A stretch of 64,000 nucleotides of DNA, from IMG/VR virus record IMGVR_UViG_3300028833_003520. One strand, given 5' to 3'. Below are positions 56,015-64,000 of the stretch, in pieces. Source of the DNA: a virus. Lineage: Duplodnaviria; Caudoviricetes. The number at the start of each line of letters is the position of its first letter. Position 1 is the stretch's first letter. The notes beneath the pieces are model-generated. The model saw only the letters and a list, made by a program, of their open reading frames with translations. It did no database searches and was not told where the DNA came from. The position numbers were made by a program, and so were the translations under genes.

Positions 56015-56446
56015 TTAATTTATCTCTATTTCAACGCATTCAACAGATGCTATTGCGAAGTCGAGTTTGTATTCGCTCTTTACAAGAGGATTGGTTGAAA
56101 GGTATTCGAGAATGATGTCGATTCTCTCGTGCCAGCCGATACTGTCCCAATCATCATATTCTTCATTATCAATGAAGAAATTGTTTAAGAAACCACAAGT
56201 GACTGCTGAAATGAGGTTCTCTTCGAGGGCTTCATCAGGTGTGTACCCTTCGGCTTCTTCATCAGGAACGCTGTCGAGTTTCAACTCATCACAATTAGTA
56301 TCAAGGTCTTCCTTGATTGTCTTGACAAGTTCGCTGACTTTCTTGGCAGTTTTGTAATCGGTGGCTGTGATAAGTATTTGATGAAGCATTGCATCGTCGC
56401 CTGACGGTACATTGATTTCGTCAAATTTCAAAATGAAATATGCCAT
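56015..56446 (-). CDS. Very acidic protein, paralog family A
   Basis: Tandem paralog of 55586..55999. Confidence 0.8.
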   Translation of the reverse strand: MAYFILKFDEINVPSGDDAMLHQILITATDYKTAKKVSELVKTIKEDLDTNCDELKLDSVPDEEAEGYTPDEALEENLISAVTCGFLNNFFIDNEEYDDWDSIGWHERIDIILEYLSTNPLVKSEYKLDFAIASVECVEIEIN

Positions 56447-56458
56447 AATTTTTCTCCT

Positions 56459-56929
56459 TTATTGTACTTCTTCTTCTTCCGATTCAAGGCACTTGATGTA
56501 TGCCATAATGGTCTTTTTCGTACCACGAATCAGTTTGTCTGATTTGATGTAATTTTTGAGATTAGCAAGGTAGTCCTCATCGTTGCACGGCTGCACTGAA
56601 ATACCTGAAGAATGGTCATAGAAATCGTCGTGCAGTTCGTATTCTGTATCAGAATGTGTTTCCAAAAGTTTGAGAATTTCATTTGGCATTAAGCCGTGAC
56701 CAAGAAGACGATAGGCTTCGTCAGGTGTTACATCATAATGAATCTCAAACGACTGAATGCGAATTGCTCCTGATTCACCAGAGATTTCGCTGATATAAGG
56801 ACCGTTGCTTAAATTAAGCGTATGAGTATAGATGCTTTCAGATACGCAGTTGGGACAGATTGTAACTACACCATCATTTGTGGTGATGGTGTAGTCCACT
56901 CCTGTATTCCTTTTACAAATGTCACACAT
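56459..56929 (-). CDS. Hypothetical Zn-binding protein (CDIC...CPNC, LHDDFYD)
   Basis: Start after GAGGA. Confidence 0.75.
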   Translation of the reverse strand: MCDICKRNTGVDYTITTNDGVVTICPNCVSESIYTHTLNLSNGPYISEISGESGAIRIQSFEIHYDVTPDEAYRLLGHGLMPNEILKLLETHSDTEYELHDDFYDHSSGISVQPCNDEDYLANLKNYIKSDKLIRGTKKTIMAYIKCLESEEEEVQ

Positions 56930-56933
56930 AGTT

Positions 56934-57662
56934 TTATCCTCTTGGTGAAAAGATATTGATGAGGTCTTCACGGGCAAGATTGACATTTTCAACATATTTG
57001 TCGAATTCGGGGTCAACACGCTTTGCGTGTATTGTGAAGTCTTCAAATTCGAAATATGTCATCTTTCTTCCTGTTACAGCAGATGCGATTTTTACAAGCA
57101 TTTTTCTCTGCTTGTCTGAAAGTGTCCTTAAAAGCCCGTAGCCTGTTGTTACCCCATTACTAATAGCGTCGATATATGCGTCAACAATCTTTGTGGCATA
57201 TTCTTTCTTAGTAATGGTCTTCCTTGTAAGAAGAATGCAGTAACGGTCATCATCAGGGATTTCGACTTTGAATTCAGAGCCGACTTGTTTTTCTAAAGCC
57301 TTTTTAACTCGCTTGAGTTTTTCAGGTGTGTTAATACGCCAGGCGATAAAGATGTGTTCTTTATCTGAAGATGTGTACATCTCAGGATAGCAAGCGAGAG
57401 TATCTGTTGGCTTCTTTGAACCGCCACAGTTGTAGGCGTTTTTGAATAAGATGTATTCAAAGTCATTGTTTTCAGCAATTTTGCCGTTACGCCAGAAGCG
57501 TTTAGGCATCTGACGAGGACCATAGCAGCAGGTGCACTGATTTTTACCATAAGTGTAATGAGCGAAATCAATATCGCACTCTTTCATCAATGATTTGAGG
57601 TCAAGGTCACCGTATGTGAGTTTTGCAGGCTTGTAGTAGTATGTACGATAACGGGTAGCCAT
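56934..57662 (-). CDS. Hypothetical basic protein (CTCCYG)
   Basis: SD GGAGGAG. Confidence 0.75.
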   Translation of the reverse strand: MATRYRTYYYKPAKLTYGDLDLKSLMKECDIDFAHYTYGKNQCTCCYGPRQMPKRFWRNGKIAENNDFEYILFKNAYNCGGSKKPTDTLACYPEMYTSSDKEHIFIAWRINTPEKLKRVKKALEKQVGSEFKVEIPDDDRYCILLTRKTITKKEYATKIVDAYIDAISNGVTTGYGLLRTLSDKQRKMLVKIASAVTGRKMTYFEFEDFTIHAKRVDPEFDKYVENVNLAREDLINIFSPRG

Positions 57663-57664
57663 TG

Positions 57665-57955
57665 TTATGCTCCTCCCTTTTGACTTATTTTCTGTTTTCT
57701 CAATTCATCTGTTGAAGGAACTTTGATAATGGAATAGCAGACGGTTCCACAATGGTTAGTCTGAATGCAAGCAGAATTATTGGAAATAAATTCTCCTTCA
57801 CTATCGTCCAGGTCTGCCTTTATTGTTTCCATATCATCACAACCAACGGTTTTCTTGATGTCTTCATACATCGCATTGGTAGCCTCTTCCTGTGTAAGAT
57901 AAAAGGCGGTTTCAATTTCCATATTTTCTCTTGCAACAACTGTAAGACTATACAT
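57665..57955 (-). CDS. Hypothetical protein
   Basis: AAAGGAGAATAACTATG start. Confidence 0.75.
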   Translation of the reverse strand: MYSLTVVARENMEIETAFYLTQEEATNAMYEDIKKTVGCDDMETIKADLDDSEGEFISNNSACIQTNHCGTVCYSIIKVPSTDELRKQKISQKGGA

Positions 57956-57967
57956 AGTTATTCTCCT

Positions 57968-58270
57968 TTACTTGTCTATAGCATTGATAAGACGCTTGAT
58001 GGCTCTTTTATCATTATCTGTAAGGTTAGTGATAGGGAATGTTGCGTCAGACGCATTGTCTGCGTCAACAATGGTTGCTTTAGCAGAGATTGTCTTATCT
58101 ACAGGGTTGTATGTGACTTCAAGCACTGCACTATCATCACCTTCTACATCGAGGTCAAAAGCGTCGAAATTCGTGATAGTGAAAATGTATTCAAGACCAT
58201 TTTCGTTATCGTCAGAAAGGAATCCGTTAGTAAGGTTCTTGGATGTAAAGATTGTTCGTGTCTTGGACAT
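57968..58270 (-). CDS. Hypothetical protein
   Basis: SD AAAGGAG. Confidence 0.75.
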   Translation of the reverse strand: MSKTRTIFTSKNLTNGFLSDDNENGLEYIFTITNFDAFDLDVEGDDSAVLEVTYNPVDKTISAKATIVDADNASDATFPITNLTDNDKRAIKRLINAIDK

Positions 58271-58296
58271 AGTAAGTTTTCTCCTTTTAGATTAAA

Positions 58297-58614
58297 TTAT
58301 GGTATAAAGCCGTCTTTACGATACTTCTCAAAATTAGCAAGGTTTTCGTTAAGAAGTTCTTGTGCTTTCTTAAGGGCTTCTTCGTTAGAAGATGCTTTGA
58401 TTACACCAAGTGATGGCTTTTCTTTGGATGTATGTCCAAGAAATGTGCCGTAAACAAGATACTGATTTGTGCTATTCTTGAATCCCTTTGTCTTGACGAT
58501 ACGGATTATCGCAGGAACGAGGGCTGTTGCCTCAATGCTTGCAAGGAATTTACCGTCACCTTCAAACTGAAGGTCGGTAGGTTTTTCAGGTGTTGGGAGT
58601 CGTGATTTCGACAT
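58297..58614 (-). CDS. Hypothetical protein
   Basis: SD AAGGAG. Confidence 0.75.
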   Translation of the reverse strand: MSKSRLPTPEKPTDLQFEGDGKFLASIEATALVPAIIRIVKTKGFKNSTNQYLVYGTFLGHTSKEKPSLGVIKASSNEEALKKAQELLNENLANFEKYRKDGFIP

Positions 58615-58616
58615 AG

Positions 58617-58910
58617 TTATTTCTCCTTGTGTAAATGATAAATGTACAATTCTTTCTTGAGAGAATTGAAGTGTGCAACTTTCGGTGTCCCTGCCATACT
58701 AAAGGATTGGGGTCCTGACCACCAAACCTTGTTGATTTCAGTTGAAAACATTGTTTTCTGTACGTCAACGTGGTGATACCGAATGTTGTGTTGAGCGATG
58801 TATTCATCGGCTTCTTCGAGTGTTTCACAGGAGATTACTTCAGCAGTATCTCTTGTGCCGTCTTCGTGAGGCGGTTCGATATTGATTATTCGAGATTTGA
58901 TGGATTTCAT
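58617..58910 (-). CDS. Hypothetical protein
   Basis: SD AGGAG. Confidence 0.7.
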   Translation of the reverse strand: MKSIKSRIINIEPPHEDGTRDTAEVISCETLEEADEYIAQHNIRYHHVDVQKTMFSTEINKVWWSGPQSFSMAGTPKVAHFNSLKKELYIYHLHKEK

Positions 58911-58922
58911 AGGTTACTCCTG

Positions 58923-59642
58923 TTAGACATACTTATGAGCAAATTCTTCAGCATCTTCTTCAGGGTTAGATAAGAATGAATTGAAAGTTTCCTCGGAAAC
59001 ATAAGGGTCATTCTGTTCAAGATGCCTGAATTCGTGAGCAATTGTGGCGTGAAGGGCTATGAAAATTTCTCTGTCATATTCGTCATCCAGAATTTCTTCG
59101 GCTTTGAGCATTTTATCGACACAATCTTTGACGTGTCCAACATTGATAACGACAATGTTATCGGCTTCCCAAGTGATTCCGAGACAGTTTTTGTAATCGG
59201 GTAAGTCGTGTAACTCAAGAAGTTCATAGAAATCTAAATGCCAGTCTTCCAACTGAATATGACTTAATTCTTCATTGTCTTTGTCATAGCCGTCCTCGTC
59301 TGTGTATGAGCAGAATACAATGCGATTAAGTGTTTGATAGCACTCTTTTGGTAAAACAGAAAATATCCAATTAGCCATATTATCCAAGTAAGGTTTAACG
59401 GTCTCGTTATTAGCCGCACTTGTGAGTATGATTATTTTCTGTTTGAGCCATTCCTTAGTCATTGTTTCAGCATCGGTGTAACAAATGACGTGTTCAAAAG
59501 GTGCATCCGTATAATCGTATATAGTGATGGTTTTATCTGTTTCTTCACTAATGAACACACTTTCATTATTGAAAGCCTCATCACAGTCAGGTTCGGCATC
59601 AGAATGAATAGCCTCAACAATGCGTTTGAAATCATTGCTCAT
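58923..59642 (-). CDS. Zincin-like metallopeptidase (HExxH), acidic
   Basis: TIAHEFRHLEQ with downstream EEDAEEFA. Confidence 0.65.
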   Translation of the reverse strand: MSNDFKRIVEAIHSDAEPDCDEAFNNESVFISEETDKTITIYDYTDAPFEHVICYTDAETMTKEWLKQKIIILTSAANNETVKPYLDNMANWIFSVLPKECYQTLNRIVFCSYTDEDGYDKDNEELSHIQLEDWHLDFYELLELHDLPDYKNCLGITWEADNIVVINVGHVKDCVDKMLKAEEILDDEYDREIFIALHATIAHEFRHLEQNDPYVSEETFNSFLSNPEEDAEEFAHKYV

Positions 59643-59670
59643 TGTAAGGTCTCCTTTATTAGTGTTAATG

Positions 59671-59705
59671 AAAAAAAGGGTGCAACTATTTATAGTTACA
59701 CCCTT
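59671..59705 (-). terminator. Intrinsic terminator
   Basis: AAGGGTGTAACTA-TAAA-TAGTTGCACCCTT-TTTTT on the minus strand. Confidence 0.8.
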
Positions 59706-59731
59706 CGACTCTTTTGGAGTTGTATTTTGTC

Positions 59732-60130
59732 TTATAAAAGAAGTTTCTCATATTCATTGATAATCTCTTTCATAGAAGAGATTGAAAGGCTCAGTACGTA
59801 GTCACCAAAGTGCATATCGACGTGAGGTTTATCTGAAGCAACGATATCTACTTGTCCTATGCCGTCTATAACGACAGAGGTGTGAGATGCATTAGACGGG
59901 GTTTTAGGCAAACTTGTGTCTATACCAAGTCTATCGAGCAGTTCAATGAATGTGAGTCTTTTTGGGACAAGTGTATAAGGTGTACCGTCTAAACAGACAT
60001 CAAAGCAAATGTCGTCGTTTGCAGGTAAATCGGGATTATCACTGTTCCAAATCTTTTCGATGTCACTGGCTTTCTCGAAAGTCCAGTTGATTGTTACGTC
60101 ATCAACATTGATAGAAGAAAAAGTAATCAT
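59732..60130 (-). CDS. Hypothetical protein
   Basis: SD AAAGGAG. Confidence 0.75.
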   Translation of the reverse strand: MITFSSINVDDVTINWTFEKASDIEKIWNSDNPDLPANDDICFDVCLDGTPYTLVPKRLTFIELLDRLGIDTSLPKTPSNASHTSVVIDGIGQVDIVASDKPHVDMHFGDYVLSLSISSMKEIINEYEKLLL

Positions 60131-60169
60131 AAGTAGAAATTCTCCTTTTACCGATATTTATTCGGAAGA

Positions 60170-61024
60170 TTACTCTTCGTCAAATTCTTCAGAGCCGTCA
60201 AAATCTTTGAGTTTGACAGGCATAATGTCATCAATGGTGATGGGAGCCTCTAATACCTTGGTGCCAAGACAATGAGGACAATGACCACATCTTGTGGGTT
60301 CTACAAGTCCTGTCTTGACCTGAATGACACGCTGAATATTCTGTCTGACATATTCAAGTGCAGCATCGAGGTGAGGCTGGGTGACTTCAATGATGTTGTA
60401 ATCGGTAATCGTTTCTTTGGTTCCACAAGCAATGTAGAACGGGAGACGATAACCTGTGTTGATTTCAACTATTTTCTGATAGATAGCACCCTGAATGTCG
60501 TAACCCCAAGCGTGAATGAAGTCAACTTTCTGATGGATATCTTCAATCCAAATAGGCTTCATATCCTTCATTATCTTAAGGTCAACAATCTTATCACCTG
60601 CGTGATAAGAGTCTATTTTGATTTTCCAATCAACGCCAAAGAGGGATGCGGTCATAATGACCTGCTTATCTCCTGACATATACTGCTTGAAGAGAGGGTC
60701 TCTTTCAAGACGGTCTATGATAGCCTGAGCATTCTTAAAGTCAGCCTTTAACTGTCCTTTAGTTGCTCCTGTTGACGAATATACGGAAGGATTGTTCTTG
60801 AGGAATTCATCAAGAGTACCTTCGAAGTAAGAGTCAATGAATGAGCCAACAAGTAAGGCAGTGGTAGTCGGCTTGGGAATGACACCAGTGTACTTTAAGT
60901 ACGCCGTTTCTTCGCAAGAACGCTTGACGGTATTGCCTGCGAAATCCTTGAACTGTGAAACGGACATATAGTCACGGTCTGCTTCAGGCGAGAAATAGTT
61001 CTCATTGGTAAGTGCAATAGGCAT
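60170..61024 (-). CDS. PD-(D/E)XK exonuclease-like protein (DUF3799/RecE-like)
   Basis: LTNENYFS..YMSVSQFKDF, KIKID, VDLK, GYDIQGAIYQ, C-terminal Cys. Start at 61024. Confidence 0.8.
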   Translation of the reverse strand: MPIALTNENYFSPEADRDYMSVSQFKDFAGNTVKRSCEETAYLKYTGVIPKPTTTALLVGSFIDSYFEGTLDEFLKNNPSVYSSTGATKGQLKADFKNAQAIIDRLERDPLFKQYMSGDKQVIMTASLFGVDWKIKIDSYHAGDKIVDLKIMKDMKPIWIEDIHQKVDFIHAWGYDIQGAIYQKIVEINTGYRLPFYIACGTKETITDYNIIEVTQPHLDAALEYVRQNIQRVIQVKTGLVEPTRCGHCPHCLGTKVLEAPITIDDIMPVKLKDFDGSEEFDEE

Positions 61025-61046
61025 TGGTATTCTCCTTTTCTTTATG

Positions 61047-61502
61047 TTATGTAATCTTGCAAAGCGATTGAATGATGTTTTTCGCTTCTTTAACGGTGGA
61101 AATGTTGCCATCAATGAAGGTAACGTCGTTATCTAACATCAATTCGAGGAATTTGACTTTGATTTTTGGAGAAACATCAAGCCCGTAAAAATCGTTTACG
61201 GGAATTGAAGTAAAATCTCTCACAGATTTGTAGTTATCTATGATGTTAGAAACGGATTGCATTCGCATAAAACCTGAGCCTATCAGACTCTCGAATGATA
61301 GGTCGTCAGAATAAGGAGACTGAGTAAACTCAGCCTCCGAATTCTTAAAAACTGTTTTTGCGAATTGTGTAGGAATGTTGAATTCCTTTAATATGTCTTC
61401 AAGACGAGTATTAGGGTTCTTCTTTGCTTTTCTTAAAGCGTAAACGAGTTGCAGAAGTTCATTGATAACATAAGTGTAGAACTTATTATCGTAGTTTTGC
61501 AT
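61047..61502 (-). CDS. Hypothetical protein
   Basis: SD AAAGGAG. Confidence 0.75.
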   Translation of the reverse strand: MQNYDNKFYTYVINELLQLVYALRKAKKNPNTRLEDILKEFNIPTQFAKTVFKNSEAEFTQSPYSDDLSFESLIGSGFMRMQSVSNIIDNYKSVRDFTSIPVNDFYGLDVSPKIKVKFLELMLDNDVTFIDGNISTVKEAKNIIQSLCKIT

Positions 61503-61525
61503 AGATTACTCCTTTGTAGTGGATG

Positions 61526-62557
61526 TTACTCAGGGTGACAGACGCTACAAGGTTTATAACCGTCCTCCTGAAGACCTTCGAATGAGCGAGTTGTATATGT
61601 GATATTGAGAGGGTCAATATCATTGATGCAGGAGCAGCCAGGAGTGTGAATGGTCTGAGTGCTCTCGTCGATTACATAGTTATAAGCAATTGATGTCTCT
61701 GACGGTTCAGATGATGATGTGTCTGTTTCAGATGTGCTTGTGGACTGTGTGTCATCAAGCGTAGGACCATCATAGTCAGGAGAAATTGCGTTGTCGCCTG
61801 TTTCATAATCAATGACAACCCAAGGCTGAACATTGTAGGCGAAAATACAGAACTGTACACCTTTTCCGTTATCTTCTACGGAGTAGGCTTCCATAAGGAC
61901 ACCTTCTGCGACAAGGTTTTCACCCTTGAAGATAGGTGTAACACGATACATTACGTGGTTGTTAGGGTTTGCGATTAAATAATCGTGCACTTCATCTTCA
62001 TAAGGGAGCATACCCTCAATGTTGAGATAACGAGTGCCAGTAATAAGATTCTTTTCATTAGCATTTTCGCCTGAAAGCATATAGGCGATTAAGTGGCAAC
62101 GATTATAGAGATAGTTGCCGTCGATTAAACCAGGATATTGATTGTAATTGGCTGTATGCCATCCTGAAGGCTTTACATTACCAATAGAGCCACGCTCTTC
62201 GGTAGGCATTAAGTCTGTGCCAATGCAAGCGAATGCAACGCCGCATCTATTCAAATTATCGAGTTCTGAGTAGGACTCAAATGAAGTTGTTGTAAGTTCA
62301 TCGGCTGTGAAATAGGGAACATTATCGTTTACCTCAACAGACGGTGAACCAGAATAATCGGATGCCTGTAAAGGCGGAAGTCCTCTTGAGGATTCAACTG
62401 CAGAACTGCTTGAAGGCTCCGATTCATTGTGACTTTCTGTTGTTTCTAAAGGCTTGTCAGGAACGGAAACAGAAGTAGGCTTGGTATTCTTACAACCTGC
62501 AAGGAGCATCACGGTCGTAAGAACGAGTGCGAGTGTTTTGAAAAGTTTGCGATTCAT
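61526..62557 (-). CDS. Lipoprotein DNA/RNA non-specific endonuclease (EndA-like) with Ada-type Zn domain
   Basis: Lipobox LAGC, YSELD..NRCG, YNRCHLI, NLITGTRYLN, C-terminal H..GC...GYKPCSVC. Confidence 0.9.
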   Translation of the reverse strand: MNRKLFKTLALVLTTVMLLAGCKNTKPTSVSVPDKPLETTESHNESEPSSSSAVESSRGLPPLQASDYSGSPSVEVNDNVPYFTADELTTTSFESYSELDNLNRCGVAFACIGTDLMPTEERGSIGNVKPSGWHTANYNQYPGLIDGNYLYNRCHLIAYMLSGENANEKNLITGTRYLNIEGMLPYEDEVHDYLIANPNNHVMYRVTPIFKGENLVAEGVLMEAYSVEDNGKGVQFCIFAYNVQPWVVIDYETGDNAISPDYDGPTLDDTQSTSTSETDTSSSEPSETSIAYNYVIDESTQTIHTPGCSCINDIDPLNITYTTRSFEGLQEDGYKPCSVCHPE

Positions 62558-62601
62558 AGTGTTTGTTGTCCTTTCGTGTTTGAATTGCGTGGTTGTATGT
62601 G

Positions 62602-62634
62602 AGTGAGACAGTATTCATCCTATACTGCCTCACT
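62602..62634 (-). terminator. Intergenic hairpin
   Basis: AGTGAGGCAGTA...TACTGTCTCACT on the minus strand (one G-U pair). Confidence 0.5.
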
Positions 62635-62645
62635 TATTATACATA

Positions 62646-63353
62646 TTACCAATCTACCGCAATGTCAATCCCGTAAGGATAGTCGCTGACGAAGGAACCC
62701 GTGTCAACGACTATTGCTGTTCCTAATGAAGTTTCGAGAATAGTGCCTTTAGGTCTTATCGAGAAGTTAGCGGCAACCATTATATAATCGCCTAACATCT
62801 TGCATCCATCGTCCCTTATCCAATAAGGGTATTCTTCTTCAGAGTAACCTAAATCTCTCATATATTGAACGATTAAGTTCATATTGAGATTATAGAAGGT
62901 TTCTCTGCCTGATGGACCATCGAATACTCCTAAATATTCGGTAAGATGTTCTTCCATAGGACCATTGATGACGGGAGATTCCGTCAATGTTGCTGCAGAC
63001 ATATCTTCTGAAGTATCTTCAGAGGATGATTCTGCGGTAGATTCTTTTGGTTCTGTTTCAACCGTTGTGGTTTCGGCAGGAACCATATTGGTTGTTTGAG
63101 CATACGACGGCACTATAGCCATATTTACAGTAGTAAGTCTTGTAAAAGACGGCGTGGGTTGTGCTGTTCGTATCTCGGTTTGGGAGGTTTTGGTTGAAGT
63201 GCTAATGACGATATCGTCATCAGCCTTAGTTCCAATCCAGCCTAACGCATAAGAGCCTTGTAGTATTATAGCCGTCATCAGAAAGATGTTAATCGGATAG
63301 AATACATAGGCTCCGAGAGGCGATAGCCTGTACCTTCGTTTGATTTTCTTCAT
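62646..63353 (-). CDS. Membrane-anchored protein with 3D-like (cell-wall lytic) C-terminal domain
   Basis: TM helix, S/T/E linker, VAAN...GT..ET..G.AIVVDTG...IDIAVDW. Confidence 0.55.
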   Translation of the reverse strand: MKKIKRRYRLSPLGAYVFYPINIFLMTAIILQGSYALGWIGTKADDDIVISTSTKTSQTEIRTAQPTPSFTRLTTVNMAIVPSYAQTTNMVPAETTTVETEPKESTAESSSEDTSEDMSAATLTESPVINGPMEEHLTEYLGVFDGPSGRETFYNLNMNLIVQYMRDLGYSEEEYPYWIRDDGCKMLGDYIMVAANFSIRPKGTILETSLGTAIVVDTGSFVSDYPYGIDIAVDW

Positions 63354-63655
63354 TCATTTACCTCTTTATCGTCTATTAGATGATGTTTGATGAAAATCTC
63401 ATCAATTTCTTCTCTCGTATGTGGTACATATACGTGGACTCCCTGCTGTTCCATTCGACGATGGATGACTCGTTGTTTGGGAGAAGGTTGCCCTGTTTTA
63501 GATTTAGTCTCAATAAAGATGGTCTGACCTCTCGCTATGAGTATTCTGTCAGGAACGCCTGTTTCTGAATCAGAATTGAACTTATAGCAGAGATAGCCGA
63601 GTTTCTTTGCCTTTTCGACAAGATAGCCTTCAACATAATGTTCGGCTTTACCCAT
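63350..63655 (-). CDS. VRR-NUC domain nuclease
   Basis: E..VE..L, GVPDRI, FIETK, G.PSPKQ. Start at 63655 after AGGAGG. Confidence 0.88.
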   Translation of the reverse strand: MGKAEHYVEGYLVEKAKKLGYLCYKFNSDSETGVPDRILIARGQTIFIETKSKTGQPSPKQRVIHRRMEQQGVHVYVPHTREEIDEIFIKHHLIDDKEVNE

Positions 63656-63751
63656 TTTGGTTAGTCCCTCCTTTATATTGAATAAACCTGTAACCTTTTC
63701 AGAAGTTCTGTGCAAGAACTTTGTAAAGGGCAGGTGCAATATTATCGGCAA

Positions 63752-64000
63752 TCAAGGCTCTGCCTTGTTATAGATAATGATATGGAAATTGACAGAAGCA
63801 CCTGAATCTTCCGAGAAGGCTTGGATTTCAAAACCCGAAGGGATTTTTAAGCCATTAGCCGTTGTCTCGGAATCAGACGAATAGAGAATATCAATCTGAT
63901 AGGTTACTTGTATATGCGACTGCTCTACGAATGCCGCCAACTCGTCAAGGATGGGTTTAAGAGCATTTTCGTAGGTATAGACTGTGGCTATACTGTAATT
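63752..64000 (-). CDS. 3' end of a divergent endonuclease-fold protein (continues past right edge)
   Basis: Frame is open to the edge. NYSIATVYTYENALKPILDE...VTYQI...GFEIQAFSEDSGASVNFHIIIYN aligns with the C-half of 61526..62557. Confidence 0.65.
   Translation of the reverse strand, partial: NYSIATVYTYENALKPILDELAAFVEQSHIQVTYQIDILYSSDSETTANGLKIPSGFEIQAFSEDSGASVNFHIIIYNKAEP

Larger units (their letters stand above)
1..64000. mobile_element. Segment of a large phage or megaplasmid-like element (Bacillota host inferred)
   Basis: Near-unidirectional dense ORFs, mostly short hypotheticals. Phage/plasmid-type replication and nucleotide genes (AEP, SSB, SNF2, VRR-NUC, dut, nrdD). No housekeeping operons and no virion or conjugation genes in the window, so the element class is unresolved. 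Confidence 0.85.

Noticed and set aside
1-64000. Alternative genetic code (stop-codon reassignment) as in some large gut phages
   Set aside because: Known genes (nrdD, rarA, ung, dut, helicases) are full length in code 11, and TAA, TGA and TAG all terminate tightly packed ORFs.

Overview
This window is a low-GC (roughly 38-40% by eye), gene-dense segment of a large mobile element, either a jumbo phage or a megaplasmid/giant extrachromosomal element. The host is probably an anaerobic Bacillota (Clostridia-like), inferred from AGGAG Shine-Dalgarno signals, sigmaA-type promoters, a class III RNR and lipoproteins. About 105 genes are on the minus strand and only two on the plus strand. I saw no capsid, terminase, T4SS, rRNA, tRNA or CRISPR. 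The left part (0-18.7 kb) holds a co-oriented MoxR-AAA / vWA / Clp-ATPase / UvrD-helicase / MazF-like block, a guanylate-kinase-like gene, an AEP primase, an SSB-like protein with a Q/P repeat tail, a LysM protein and a SNF2 helicase. The middle (18.7-60 kb) is an array of about 85 short, often very acidic hypothetical genes with several internal paralog families. It is interspersed with dut, an nrdH-nrdD-nrdG-FTR-like module, a DUF262 protein, rarA, a macrodomain, ung and a tyrosine recombinase. The right end has a PD-(D/E)XK exonuclease, a secreted nuclease lipoprotein plus a degenerate paralog, a 3D-like cell-wall protein and VRR-NUC. Non-coding highlights are: apparent absence of eight 4-bp palindromes; a promoter-bounded antisense RNA over a 10-codon leader ORF; an element-specific promoter motif found twice; and a recurrent covarying C-GTRCA-G hairpin. 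All family assignments come from motif recognition by eye, not database searches.
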